Source: Folioceros fuciformis
Taxonomy: Eukaryota
NCBI GenBank assembly: GCA_049999805.1
Contig: JBNGIO010006129.1
Span: 115,261 to 147,275, forward strand
Direction: 5' to 3'
Length of the DNA: 32,015 nucleotides
Shown here: in pieces, positions 21,701 to 32,015 of the stretch
Position numbering within the stretch: position 1 is the first letter of the stretch
How the letters are laid out: every line of letters starts with the position of its first letter
Translations under genes and position numbers: made by a program
The notes under the pieces: model-generated
The model's database searches: none
Told to the model about the DNA's origin: nothing
Seen by the model: the letters and a program-made list of their open reading frames with translations, nothing else

Positions 21701-24610
21701 CTTTGGTGGTAGACAGTACTCCTTGTAACCTCATACCTCGAGGTCGTAGACAAAGAGGTGGGAGCTGTCATCGACCACGGCCAGCTTGGAGCGTTTTGAT
21801 GATAAATCAAGGCAACGAATGGCATCTGTATGCTGGTACAATCGCACAGGAAATGTACTCCGAAGCCACACCCTGACAATCAAGCCATTTTTCATTCCCA
21901 CCAATAGCCCCTCTCCACCAGGAGGACCACCACAAACCTGTACATCATCATGGACTTTGTCAGCAATAGCTACAAAAGCATTCCTGTTGCATCCTTAACT
22001 TGTCCTGCGGTAGAGCATACCGTTGACACAATTAGCCCCTTCCTTTGTTTGCTTACAACCTCACTCTATGTGGCAACGATGGGGAATGATAAAAGGACAG
22101 ATAACAGAAGACATGAAACCTTGATGTATCTGATAGTGGATTCCAAAATCCATTCCTTCTGCTTGGTTCCATCCAGAGCATAAAGCTGCAGCTTCGTATC
22201 CTGTGAATTCACGACAACAACCTGAGCCAATCGGTGGAAGAGAAGTACTCTGCCTTGTCACCTGCGTCTAGAGAAGCTCAGATGTACGAAACCAAGAAGC
22301 TGAGTCCAGGCTTACCTGACAAAGAGTTAGATGCTCTGCAGTAAGAACCAGAAGATTGCACTCAAGGGAGCGGTTGATAATTGCACATGGATTATACACA
22401 GGTTTCATAGCAACCTCCTCACTCAGTTCATAGACAATAAGACGGTTGGACAGCTGGACGGCCACCCTGCCCTGATAAACTGCTATCTTCTTTATATAGT
22501 CAGCACACTTGATGCGCACCTGATGGCCAATTCAGTTTAGACTGGCTACTCATTCTATGAGGTAACTTACTGTTTGAATGTAGAGGATCTTTCTTATGAA
22601 CCCATCATTTTACATGCATTGGATGCTTGTCAGCAAATGGGTATAGCAGTCACGCTGAGCTCCTTCTCACTTGCCTGACCTTCTCATTTGTTAACAAATG
22701 TTGGACAACCACATCCGTCATGACGTCTCTAAATGCATAACGCTCCTTGTATAATCCATGCACCTGAGGAGAGCGGTAATGGTGAACATGTATCAAAGTG
22801 TTGTCTTCTCAATCGCCAATGATCCAGAAGCTCTTCACAAGGACCAGAATTGTACCGTAGAGAAGACTAACTGAAGCATAGAGATGCTGCCATCGTTGCA
22901 TCCAACTACAATGAAATCATGCTTCGGACGTGACCGAACTGTCCAAACCCAGTCTGACGTCTCACACAATACTGTGAGCTTTATACCTTCAACAGAATAC
23001 ATCACCACCTGCTCAAAGAGGGAGACTCATTTGAATGAGTGTGACATTCAGGCATCTGACATTCGGCACAAACACATTCAAGGTGAGATTACCATGTTGT
23101 CCGATCCGCCAACAGACAAGTACTTCCCATCGTGATAACTGACACAACAAGGATTAAACCCAAGGTCGTTGTCCTTGCCGATCTGGTAGGAAAGCAAATG
23201 GGGAAAATGAAAAATATTACAACAAATGTTTTGCCGCAGTTTGGATGACAGATACAGATGCAAACCTGCTTGCCTGCTAAATCATAGAAAGAGAGGGTGT
23301 CATCCCAGCAGCCAACGGCAAGGGTATCTGATGTCTTATTTTGTGTCAAGTTCCACTGCAACGTCCAGATAGGTTCGGACCGTTCAATGACGACCTGCAG
23401 GGCATGTGGTAACGTGGACTTAGTGGATCCTCTGTTTAAGTGGCATTTCCAGCATCCCGACGCAGATGAAGGGGCCAAAAGGAAGCAAGTGCATGCAAAG
23501 AAGCCCAAACCTGTTCAACTCCATTCTTGTCGCAGATAGAGATTTGGCCACTGAACATTCCCAATGCCAAACGCTGCCCATCTCCAGTCCAGGAACAGCA
23601 GAGGATCTGATCGTACTTGTTTTATTAGCAGAGATTATGTAAATCTGAGCAGATAGATGTGAACCCCATATCAGCCGTGGAAAGATCAGCTACCAAGAAA
23701 TACCTTAGAGGCAGCTTTATGCTTGACAACAGACTTTTGCTCCGGTGACCATATCCCAAAATCTTTTGCCGTTCCACTCGCCAGCTGCTAGCAGCCGAGA
23801 CTGAGTAGTCATAAAGAGAAAAAGGAAGGAAGGACGGGTAGTAGAGAAAGACAGCTGAACTGACCTGCTGAGTGACAGGATTGTAAGCAAGACACTGCAC
23901 AGAATCACCATGGCTGTATTTGAGGATTCCCTCTGCCTGCACGGATAGAGCAAAACCATCTTGCTTCTCAGATGCTACATCTGATCAGGATACCACTATC
24001 CGCACTCGGAGACAAACCAGAACAAGTGCGGGACAAACCTTGTGAGTCCATATGATGATTGTCTTGTCAGCACCTCCTGAAGCAAATCTCTTTCCGTCAC
24101 GAGAGTAAGCCACACAGTACACGGCATCCTTGTGACCTGGAAAGACTCTTGACGTGAGTTGTTGTACAATCTCGCAAGCTCCCACTTCAGGTGACGAGGG
24201 AGGAGTTGCAGCACGCTGACCTTTAAGAGAATGTAGCAAATCCCCCTCCTCTGCATCATACATGAGCACTCTACTTCCAACAGCTGCAATAAGCTGACTG
24301 CCATCTGCGAAGGCAAAAGCTGCCTCAGTCAAAATGTCGTTGTCACCTCAAGTCTGCAACCACCTCCAACATAGCACAGGACAAGACTCAACCCGAAACT
24401 CCCATCCTTGAACTACCTGGTCTAAAGGCCACATCGTAGCAGATGCTCTTAATTCCATCATGCTCCGGCTAGGGGGCCACAAACCCAATCAAGGAGCATC
24501 AGCACAAACGCTCATCCCGCTGCCCAGTACCTCCTCTCAGCTCAGATGCCGTGAGAGAACAATGAAATGGAGCATACCACTTGATCAGTCCATGCTACAA
24601 CTGCTCGCAT
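18783..24610 (-). CDS. IFT122: Intraflagellar transport protein 122 (IFT-A; WD40 plus TPR-like), multi-exon
   Basis: Starts [11 protein letters not shown]...[14 protein letters not shown]. Contains [109 protein letters not shown], and C-terminal [10 protein letters not shown]...CPFCR. No disabling mutation in the exons I checked. Confidence 0.95.
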
Positions 24611-24961
24611 TTTCCTCCCCGACTTGCTCCTTAATTGCCCACATTTGCTCCTGATGAGAGGTATGAGATCATCCCCACCCGGAAAATATGATCATGTCCA
24701 TCAAAACCGAGATGAATTTGTGAGATTCACTGAGAATGCGGGAGGGGGGATGTGGAGTGGTCGCGCGATTCTGTGCGAAGAATTGCGGGGTGTGTTAACG
24801 TTGCTTCTCTTGGCTGATGTGGTGCCACTACAGAGAAAGTCGAGAGGAAGAACCGCTGTCGGGGCTAACTGCAGTTAAAGGCCAGGCTCGGGTAAACTGG
24901 TGGCTTGACGGAGTTCCGGGCCTATCTCGTTTCGTTGACAGTGAAAGGCAAGAACCAAAGG

Positions 24962-26041
24962 ATGGCTACAGCAGCGAGCGTCGCCCCTCGCTCCTGTGTC
25001 TTCCAGTCCTTTGCTGCCCCGAGGCTACGGTCGTCTTCTTCTGCCGGCTGCGCCTCTGTTCCCTCCTCTTTGCAGTGCGGATCTCGTCGCGTCTCGGTTG
25101 CCAGGGATGGCTTGAGGCTAAGGGCCCCGGATTCCGGTCGGGTGCAATGGGATCCACTCCGAGCGATTACGAGCCGGAACAGGGGCCATGCCAGAAGCTG
25201 CCTGTCGGCGGAACGAGAGGGATCATTCCATGTGTCGTCTCTTCTTGTGAGGCTCGCGTCCGGATCCTGTTTTTTGCGTGGATAAAGACTTGTGCAAATG
25301 TTGGCATCACTTTTGTGTGGGAACTCTTGTGTTGAGCAGGAGGATATTGAAAAACGCTTACTGGTCATTTCATCGGACGGGGAAATCCGATGGAAGGAGA
25401 CATTGTCCGCAACACTTTTGGCAACAGCAACATTTTTGCAGGTATGCGTGGTCTTTGGCTAACATTCTTGGGCCTGGGCGTTCGTACGAGTGGATGTTCT
25501 CAGCACTGTTGGTGTTAGGTGGGAGGCTCGGCAAATGCAGGAGAGTTTGGGCCACGGTATAATGAGCTTCCCGAATTTAGAACCAGTTCAGAAGGATGGG
25601 TAGTCGTGGGACTAACTTCTCTTGTGGCAGCCTTCATCTACCTGTTTGTTGTGCCGGTAAGCTTCCACAAACTTGTTGAAGCGCAATTCCTGCTGTCGGG
25701 TCTTTCTATTGTCGTCGCGCTGACAAGCATTTGTATCATCTCCTAGTTGGGCCTGTATTACTACCTCGATAAGCGCTGGTACAAGCGAAGTACGCTGGAA
25801 ACCTTCTTCCAATTTATGCTGGTCTTCCTCTTTTTCCCTGGGTAAGGCAGGCAGTTTGTTTTTTTTCTGCTTCCGCCATTGCAACCCGGTGCAGTTGAGC
25901 AACGAACAATGCTTTGTTTGTGCGAGGTTGGCAATGAGTCCAGAGCCTGAAACATGTGGTCTTCATCTTTGCAGGTTGTTGCTTTTGGCACCCTTCGTTA
26001 ACCTCAGACGATTGCCAAAGGATGGAACCGAAGCACCGTAA
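24962..26041 (+). CDS. NdhL: Chloroplast NDH complex subunit L (NdhL/CRR23), 5 exons, ~228 aa
   Basis: Exons 24962-25246, 25340-25441, 25519-25656, 25747-25841, 25975-26041 (687 nt, in frame). Ser/Ala/Arg-rich transit peptide; signature YLFVVP...YLDKRWYKRS.LETFFQFMLVFLFFPGLLLLAPFVNLRR.P. Confidence 0.92.
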
Positions 26042-26870
26042 CGTGTCCTCTCTTCCGTGTACTATATTCGTAACACAAACCAGGAATTCAAAAAACGTTC
26101 GATATCGTCTCGAACTACAGTAGCTGGATACGCAAGGCCGATGTCTCGGGACACGGTCTACAGTCTTAATCTAGTTTCCTGTTTCGCCGTAATTTCTTCC
26201 CCACAATCTAAGCACTTGCACTTGTTTGGTCTCACCACGTTTTGCACTCAGATCGTAATTCCCTACAGAGACAAGTGCGCCAACCTTTTTGTACATAAAG
26301 TGTAGTGCCGATGTGAGGCATGCAAAGCTCAGACTAGGACACTGTTGCACTCGCCCACACGCGCGATTCGCAGGAGTCTAAAAGAACTACGGGCCAGTTT
26401 GCACATTGGGCAAACCACGACGTATCTACAGCGCAATCATGATCTAAGTCCACAGTTCACACAATACCGACCTACTTTCCTCTAGCACCTACCTGCTTTC
26501 TACAATAAACCTTTTACCATACTTCACTCAGAAAAGCCTCTGAATGAACAGCACATGCTTGACTGCCACTCGCCAGAAGCTGATCCCTCGCACCCGCTCC
26601 CGAGTACGTGCACAATTAAGGAAGCTCCTGAGACTCCAGGGCTTAGGTGTCGTACCTTATTTCGTGTAGAGACGAGCTACCTGTAATACCACAGGCATTC
26701 TCCAAGAGCATCCGGATCCAAGCCTGCTGGTTAGCCACAACCGAGAAATTCTGTCGAGAAAAATCCTTAACACAGTGACGGTGTGGCCTGAAGTCGGGAT
26801 CCTACTCCATAATGCGAAAAGAATATCAGAATGATAGGAACCACACCCAGCCGAAGCATCAAGTCTTTGC

Positions 26871-28039
26871 CTAGAGGGCCATTTCTGCTTGTAAAGCGGC
26901 AAGCTCATCTTCTTCCGCAGAGCTCGGCTGAGGCACTTTTTGAGGCGCTGGCTTCTGGGCAGGCCTGTATGGCGTGGAAGGCATCGGAGTAGTAACACTT
27001 GGTGTGAGTAGTTGGTCTTCGAAGTCCGTTCCCTCCAGCTCTTCCAGCTCAGCGTCCAACTCATCCTGAAAAACGCCAAATACACCAGTAAATACTTCAC
27101 AATGAAAGAATCACGACCTGTGAGGATTTCACTCGGCAACACACTTACCTCGTCAAAATCAGCAGCCGCTCCAATGGGAGTCGACAAAGCTTCTTGAATC
27201 TGCTTCATGTTCTCTGTCTGCTCATTAATCTCATCCATGGTCTTGTCGACGTCATCTATATTCCTGTGATGAAAGTGGAAAAACATTGGTACTCGGAGAT
27301 CACTGTGTGATATCTAGTTCAGATGCACTCGGTATCACAAAAAGCACGGTAAGGAAAACATACGTAGCCTTCTGAATGGCCTTCATGGCAGTTGCTCCGC
27401 TGCGCAGGGCATCAACCGTCTCTGTTGTAGCTTTGGCTCCTTCAAGCATTATCATCTGCAACAGTATATAAGTACCATAACAGGGTCAGAAACACAAGTC
27501 GCTTTGAATCTGTTCTACACAGAATCGCTACACAATGTCAGCAACAGCACCTGGTCGTGAATCCGCAACTGAAAATTCCCAAGCTGCTCCACCTGAACTT
27601 CGTACAGCTTCTTTCTCTTGAGGCATTGAAGGGCAGCTGCATGACAGACAACCAACGAAGTAACGAAGGATTTGAGTCCACCATTTCACCACCAGATACA
27701 TTATCTCTAACACAACCAACTCACAACGAGAACAAAAACACAACCTCTCCAACGAACCTCTTTTATTTTTTTGACGTACTGCATCCCTAGCTTTCTCAAT
27801 TTCACTGGCGATTTTCTTCTGCAGCACCTTCTCTTTTTTCTCCAGCATATCAAGAGTCTGCACTACCGATAACACCAGCATGAGCTAAGACCGACATGAG
27901 CCAACCCATGCAACTACATTGACGACTCACAAGACAAATACAAACATCTCAGACTCAGATGCATCACCTCACTCAGCTTGTCGAGTGTCGAAAGAGTCGA
28001 CGGCTCTTCCTTAGGCCGGCCAAACAGTCTGTTGAACAT
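26871..28039 (-). CDS. VPS32: ESCRT-III subunit VPS32/SNF7, 6 exons, 219 aa
   Basis: Exons 27968-28039, 27758-27857, 27551-27636, 27364-27455, 27149-27263, 26871-27065 (660 nt). TLDMLEKKEKVLQKK, KNKRAALQCLKRKKLYE, NIDDVDKTMDEINEQTENMKQIQEALS, EEDELAALQAEMAL. Confidence 0.96.
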
Positions 28040-28053
28040 GATTGCGGTGCAAC

Positions 28054-28061
28054 AAACCCTA
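28054..28061 (+). promoter_or_regulatory. Telo-box-like motif upstream of the VPS32 start codon
   Basis: AAACCCTA ~15 bp upstream of the ATG; a second copy at 29799-29806 in DEN1 intron 1. Short motif, could be chance. Confidence 0.35.
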
Positions 28062-29102
28062 GACGAGAGTTCGTAGCAACCAATCCAACAACAGCCCTTT
28101 AGTTGTCCTGTTGGCAATCCCCTTCACGCACCACCATATGTATAGGGACCCGTGTCCAGGCACCCGCGTCCCGCGACGCGAATCTAGTAAGCTGACCGAA
28201 GATCTGCTCGGGAATTACAAAACGCCACACAGCTTCGGCGTTGGCTCGGTCAGATTTCTAACCGACGCTGCTCAGTGTGATCCGCCTCTAAGTATGGGAT
28301 CCAGGACGCCACAGAATTTGCAGAAAATTCCTGAATCCCACTTCCCAATACTCTACGCTTCCCCGGGTGCCAAAATCTAGCTCTTGGAGAAGCAGCAGAG
28401 CAATCTGGCCCCACTACTTCAACCCCGCAGCTGCTAAATCGCTGCACGCGTCTGCCGCTGGTGCACACAGATAGTTGCCGCGTACAAGCGTGACAATTCC
28501 TAGCCCTTCGGCTCAGGCTGCAGGCAAGCAGCAAATATTTCCGTCCTACCGTGCCGCGTCTTCACACTGGATCACTGATGAGAACACGGAAGCAATGAGA
28601 GGCAGGGCCAGGGCTGTGCTGGCGGAGAGCTCGGGGATGAGACCTCCGAGGGGCGGCCTGGGGAGGATGAGAGTGGAAGGTAAGATGTGGAGGAAGTAAC
28701 AGGAAAGCGCAGGTCCGCGTGTCAGGTTACACAATTTACTTGCCTCCAAAGCCCTCGTACATACAGACGTACGTACACAGTACTTTAGAACCGAAGGGAT
28801 AACGTCCTGAGCAGGTTACCGAGTCGGGGTTCGGAACACCGTGCAACAGTCGATCTTGGCAGCAGCACCTTCCGTAATAAGGTCTTAAGGTCTCTAATGT
28901 GGAGTCCTGAGTCTTGAACACGTAGTGATGGATCCCGAGGTGGAGGAGAAAAAAAATTTGGAAGGCCATGTCAAAGTTTAACCCGTTTCCCTGCTTGGAA
29001 GACTGGGACGTGCCTTGCTATCAAGTGATGATGTTGTCTCTCAAGCAGGCAGCATCCACAGGCGGACGCAAGAGGATGGGATCAATGGGCAGCCGGACTT
29101 GA

Positions 29103-30114
29103 TCACCCTTCCTGCTGCTGCTGCTGCAACCTGAGAGATGAGATGAGTTCCAGGGTGTGTTGCCGCATCTCGGTCACCTTGTCAGCAGTGACTTGCGATC
29201 GGAGGAGAGACGGGATGTCGGGCTCCCTGAGTCCTATTCTCTTGTCTTGAAAGGCCTGGCAGATGACCTTGGCTATGGCCATGACATACACCCCGCAGTC
29301 GTAACTGTTCTCCTGCTGCGGTGTGAGCGGCTCGGTGAGCTTTGCCGACGCAGCAGCTGGCCCTGACAGACATGAAGGTCGGTGTGGGAGACAGACACAA
29401 GAGGCAGTGGCACGGTATAAGGCAACTTAACGCACTCACCTACGAAAGGCTTGATGATGTTCACCAGGGCGCGGGCTTGCCTACAATTAGTGCCGGACAT
29501 GCTATCGAAATGCTCGAACGTATTTCTTTGCCTGCCACACACGAATCAAGGGAGCAGAGTAGAGGTGGTGTTACAACTCCAACCGAGGACAGACATGTCT
29601 TGACAGGACAGGAGAGGACAGGGCAGGACAGTGCAGAAGAGTACAGCGGACCTGGTGTAGACGACCAGTGTCCAGTGAGTGCCGCCTTCGGCAGTCTCCA
29701 CATCTTCATTGTTGTTTAAGGCGAAAAAGATGAGCTGCAAGTGAAGGGACCCGGGATCAGCGTCATGTGCATCGAAGGGGCCAAGCGACAAGAAGGAGAA
29801 ACCCTAGGGTGACAGACGGTGCAGGAATTGGGAAATGACAGACAGCGAACCTGACGATCCGGCAAATTGAGAGGCTGGATGGAAGCCTGCAGGCCGTCCG
29901 CGTCGGGGCAGTGCAGGAACCAAAAAGTAAGCGTGGGACCGACGAGGAGGAGCGGACCGGAGTCGGGAGGTCCCTCTGCAGGCCTGTGTTGCAGCGTGAG
30001 GTAGTAGAAGAAGAACTCGATGATCTGGTCATTGAGGTAATGAGGACCCTGCAGCAGCTCCAGGTCCGCGTGTCGCAGCACCACAGGTCCATAGCTGAGC
30101 ACGGGGCCGTCCAT
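29103..30114 (-). CDS. DEN1: NEDD8-specific protease 1 (DEN1/SENP8, peptidase C48), 4 exons, ~232 aa
   Basis: Exons 29851-30114, 29652-29734, 29440-29531, 29103-29362 (699 nt). VLSY...L...DL.LL.GP.YLNDQIIEFFF, AEGGTHWTL (His), HFDSM (Asp), PQQENSYDCGVYV (Cys). Confidence 0.93.
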
Positions 30115-31252
30115 GGCTGCCGGCTCCTTGCCTAGCGCTCCAGCGCCCTGCACACCGGGGTCCAGGAGGGAGTGCTGCCTCTGCCGCATCCCCCCCCCCC
30201 CGAACCAGAAATGGACATCGATGTCCCACGCCTTATCTATTTTGCAGACGTTCGATCCCCGCGCCGTCAGGGCGGCTCACTTCAGCTGTGCTTTGCTCCA
30301 CCTTTGCTCCCCCCAAAAAAATCCTTGTACGAGTTGGGACAAAAGCGAGCAGAAGGCACGGCTTTCCCGCGCCGTTACCCGGGGACTCCCCGTTTCCTAC
30401 AAACAAATGCAGGCGCCGACAGAAAATGATAAGCGGCAATTCAAAGGGAAACGTTTGCAAGAGGACTGGTCTGTGAACGACGAGACGAGGAAGACGGGAG
30501 AGGAGGAGGAATTGAGCGAAGAGTGTGCACAGGAGAGGAAAGGAGAGGAGCACGTAAAGAGTGGCTGCACAATGCAAAGGCGTGTTTGCTGCTCGAAACT
30601 CAAACAATCAAATTAAGCAGATAATCGACATAAGTTTCAGCGGCCATGTGACATGTCTACTACTACAAGTCTATGCAAGCCTTGTCTGTGCGAGTTAAGT
30701 GTGCCTGTCTGTGTCCCGCGTCTTCACATCTCAGTCTGCACTGCCTCTCTCACCTCCTGCCGCATCAGCCCCTACAAAAACAATGAGCCCAAGACACAAG
30801 GCAGAGCTTCCACGAGCCATAATAGCTCCCAAGAATGGCTTCAAGACAAAACTTTAACGTCAATACAAGTTCTACAGCAAGTCGCAACTTCTTATGGACA
30901 TCTACGTTAACCTTAGAGCTCCACAGCTGCTGCTTACACTGCGCCCCAGTCCAGTAAGGTCATCGACGACTTTCACAGACCCTACAGGATAACCAAAACC
31001 CTGAGCCATGCCTCCCCTGAGTGACACAGCTAACTCCCAGACAGAAGAAGAGAATCCTTGAAGCACAAGTTTTAAATCAGTGACGAATAAATTTGCATTG
31101 CATTGCGTTGCTCAAGTGCGCCATCCGGTTGAGGGAAGCCTTGGACCAAACCTCCTTCTTCATGCGTGTGCTCGTAGTGTAGTATAAGCCTAAACCCGAC
31201 AGGAAAAACACCGGCACCATATCCCTTTCCCTTCCGGAAGAGGAAGATTAGG

Positions 31253-32015
31253 TCAATCATCGTACTCTGCTGCATGTTCCAATAGGTAGTTGGCGGCCAG
31301 CTGCTCGTTCTTGTCGCAAGCCAGGTACGCCTCGATGACGAGAGCCCGGTCGAAGCCCATGCCCTCCAGCCGGTCGATAGCTTCTCGCTCCTCAGGTGTG
31401 ACGTTGATGGCTTGGGCGTTCCCCATGAGTTGCGCTAGCGCTTCTCCGCCCTCGCCAACATCACCGCCCGCCTCGTTGATGAGGCGCAGGAACTCACCCT
31501 GATTCTCCGTTATGAGACGCAGCAGCTGCGGGTTCTGCTTTCCCAGCTCCTGCAGCATGGGCTGCAAGATTTGAGGATTGGCCTGCACCATATTGCGCAA
31601 CGCCAAAAACTGGCCGTTGTTGCGCAAAAAATCTAGGGTTCCGACAGCCCCACCGCCTCCGCCTCCGACGCCGGGCATACCCTGAGGAAACAGGTCAAGC
31701 GGCGCGGCATTAGGCCCCGAGGGCACGTTGATCCCACCAGCCTGGCCATGCTGCTGCTGCTGCCCGGCTCCCGGAGCTGCCGCGGCATCCCCGGCGGCCG
31801 GAACCCGCGCCACGGGAGGAGCCAAGTTGTCCGGGATACCAGAGTAGAGATACTCGACAGCCCGCTCGGGGTTGTTAAACGCGGCTCGCAGCGCCCGGAG
31901 CACCGTCTCCCTGCTCCAGCTCCCGCCTCCCATGTCCACCATCTGCTGGATGGTCTGCTCCAGCCCCGAGCCCGCCACCAGGTTAGACGCAGCATGCCCG
32001 TACGCATCCCCAACG
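31253..32015 (-). CDS. RAD23: Ubiquitin receptor RAD23, 3' part (UBA1 - XPC-binding/STI1 - UBA2); 5' end lies beyond the window
   Basis: Uninterrupted frame: [133 protein letters not shown]. Confidence 0.96.
   Translation of the reverse strand, partial: VGDAYGHAASNLVAGSGLEQTIQQMVDMGGGSWSRETVLRALRAAFNNPERAVEYLYSGIPDNLAPPVARVPAAGDAAAAPGAGQQQQHGQAGGINVPSGPNAAPLDLFPQGMPGVGGGGGGAVGTLDFLRNNGQFLALRNMVQANPQILQPMLQELGKQNPQLLRLITENQGEFLRLINEAGGDVGEGGEALAQLMGNAQAINVTPEEREAIDRLEGMGFDRALVIEAYLACDKNEQLAANYLLEHAAEYDD

Noticed and set aside
30113-30616. 167-aa ORF between DEN1 and RAD23
   Set aside because: Purine/pyrimidine-skewed leader or promoter sequence of DEN1 with no protein motif.

Overview
Gene-dense, intron-containing plant nuclear DNA with short introns (mostly 70-165 nt) and two 100-N assembly gaps. 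IFT122 (flagellated sperm), nuclear NdhL and dirigent genes point to a seed-free land plant; the compactness is hornwort-like, but that is inference. Left third: three divergent dirigent-family paralogues on the minus strand, with different N-termini (signal peptide / apparently none / plastid-thylakoid-like). Between paralogues 1 and 2 lies a decayed ~3.9 kb pogo-type (DDE_1) transposon with recognisable TIRs and internal tandem repeats. The rest holds a JMJD7/JMJ32-like JmjC gene, a multi-exon gene not visible as one ORF that encodes a putative plastid-targeted peptidoglycan-binding-domain membrane protein, organellar EF-P, IFT122, NdhL, VPS32/SNF7, DEN1/SENP8 and the intronless 3' part of RAD23. 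All gene models were spliced by eye; no database searches were run.
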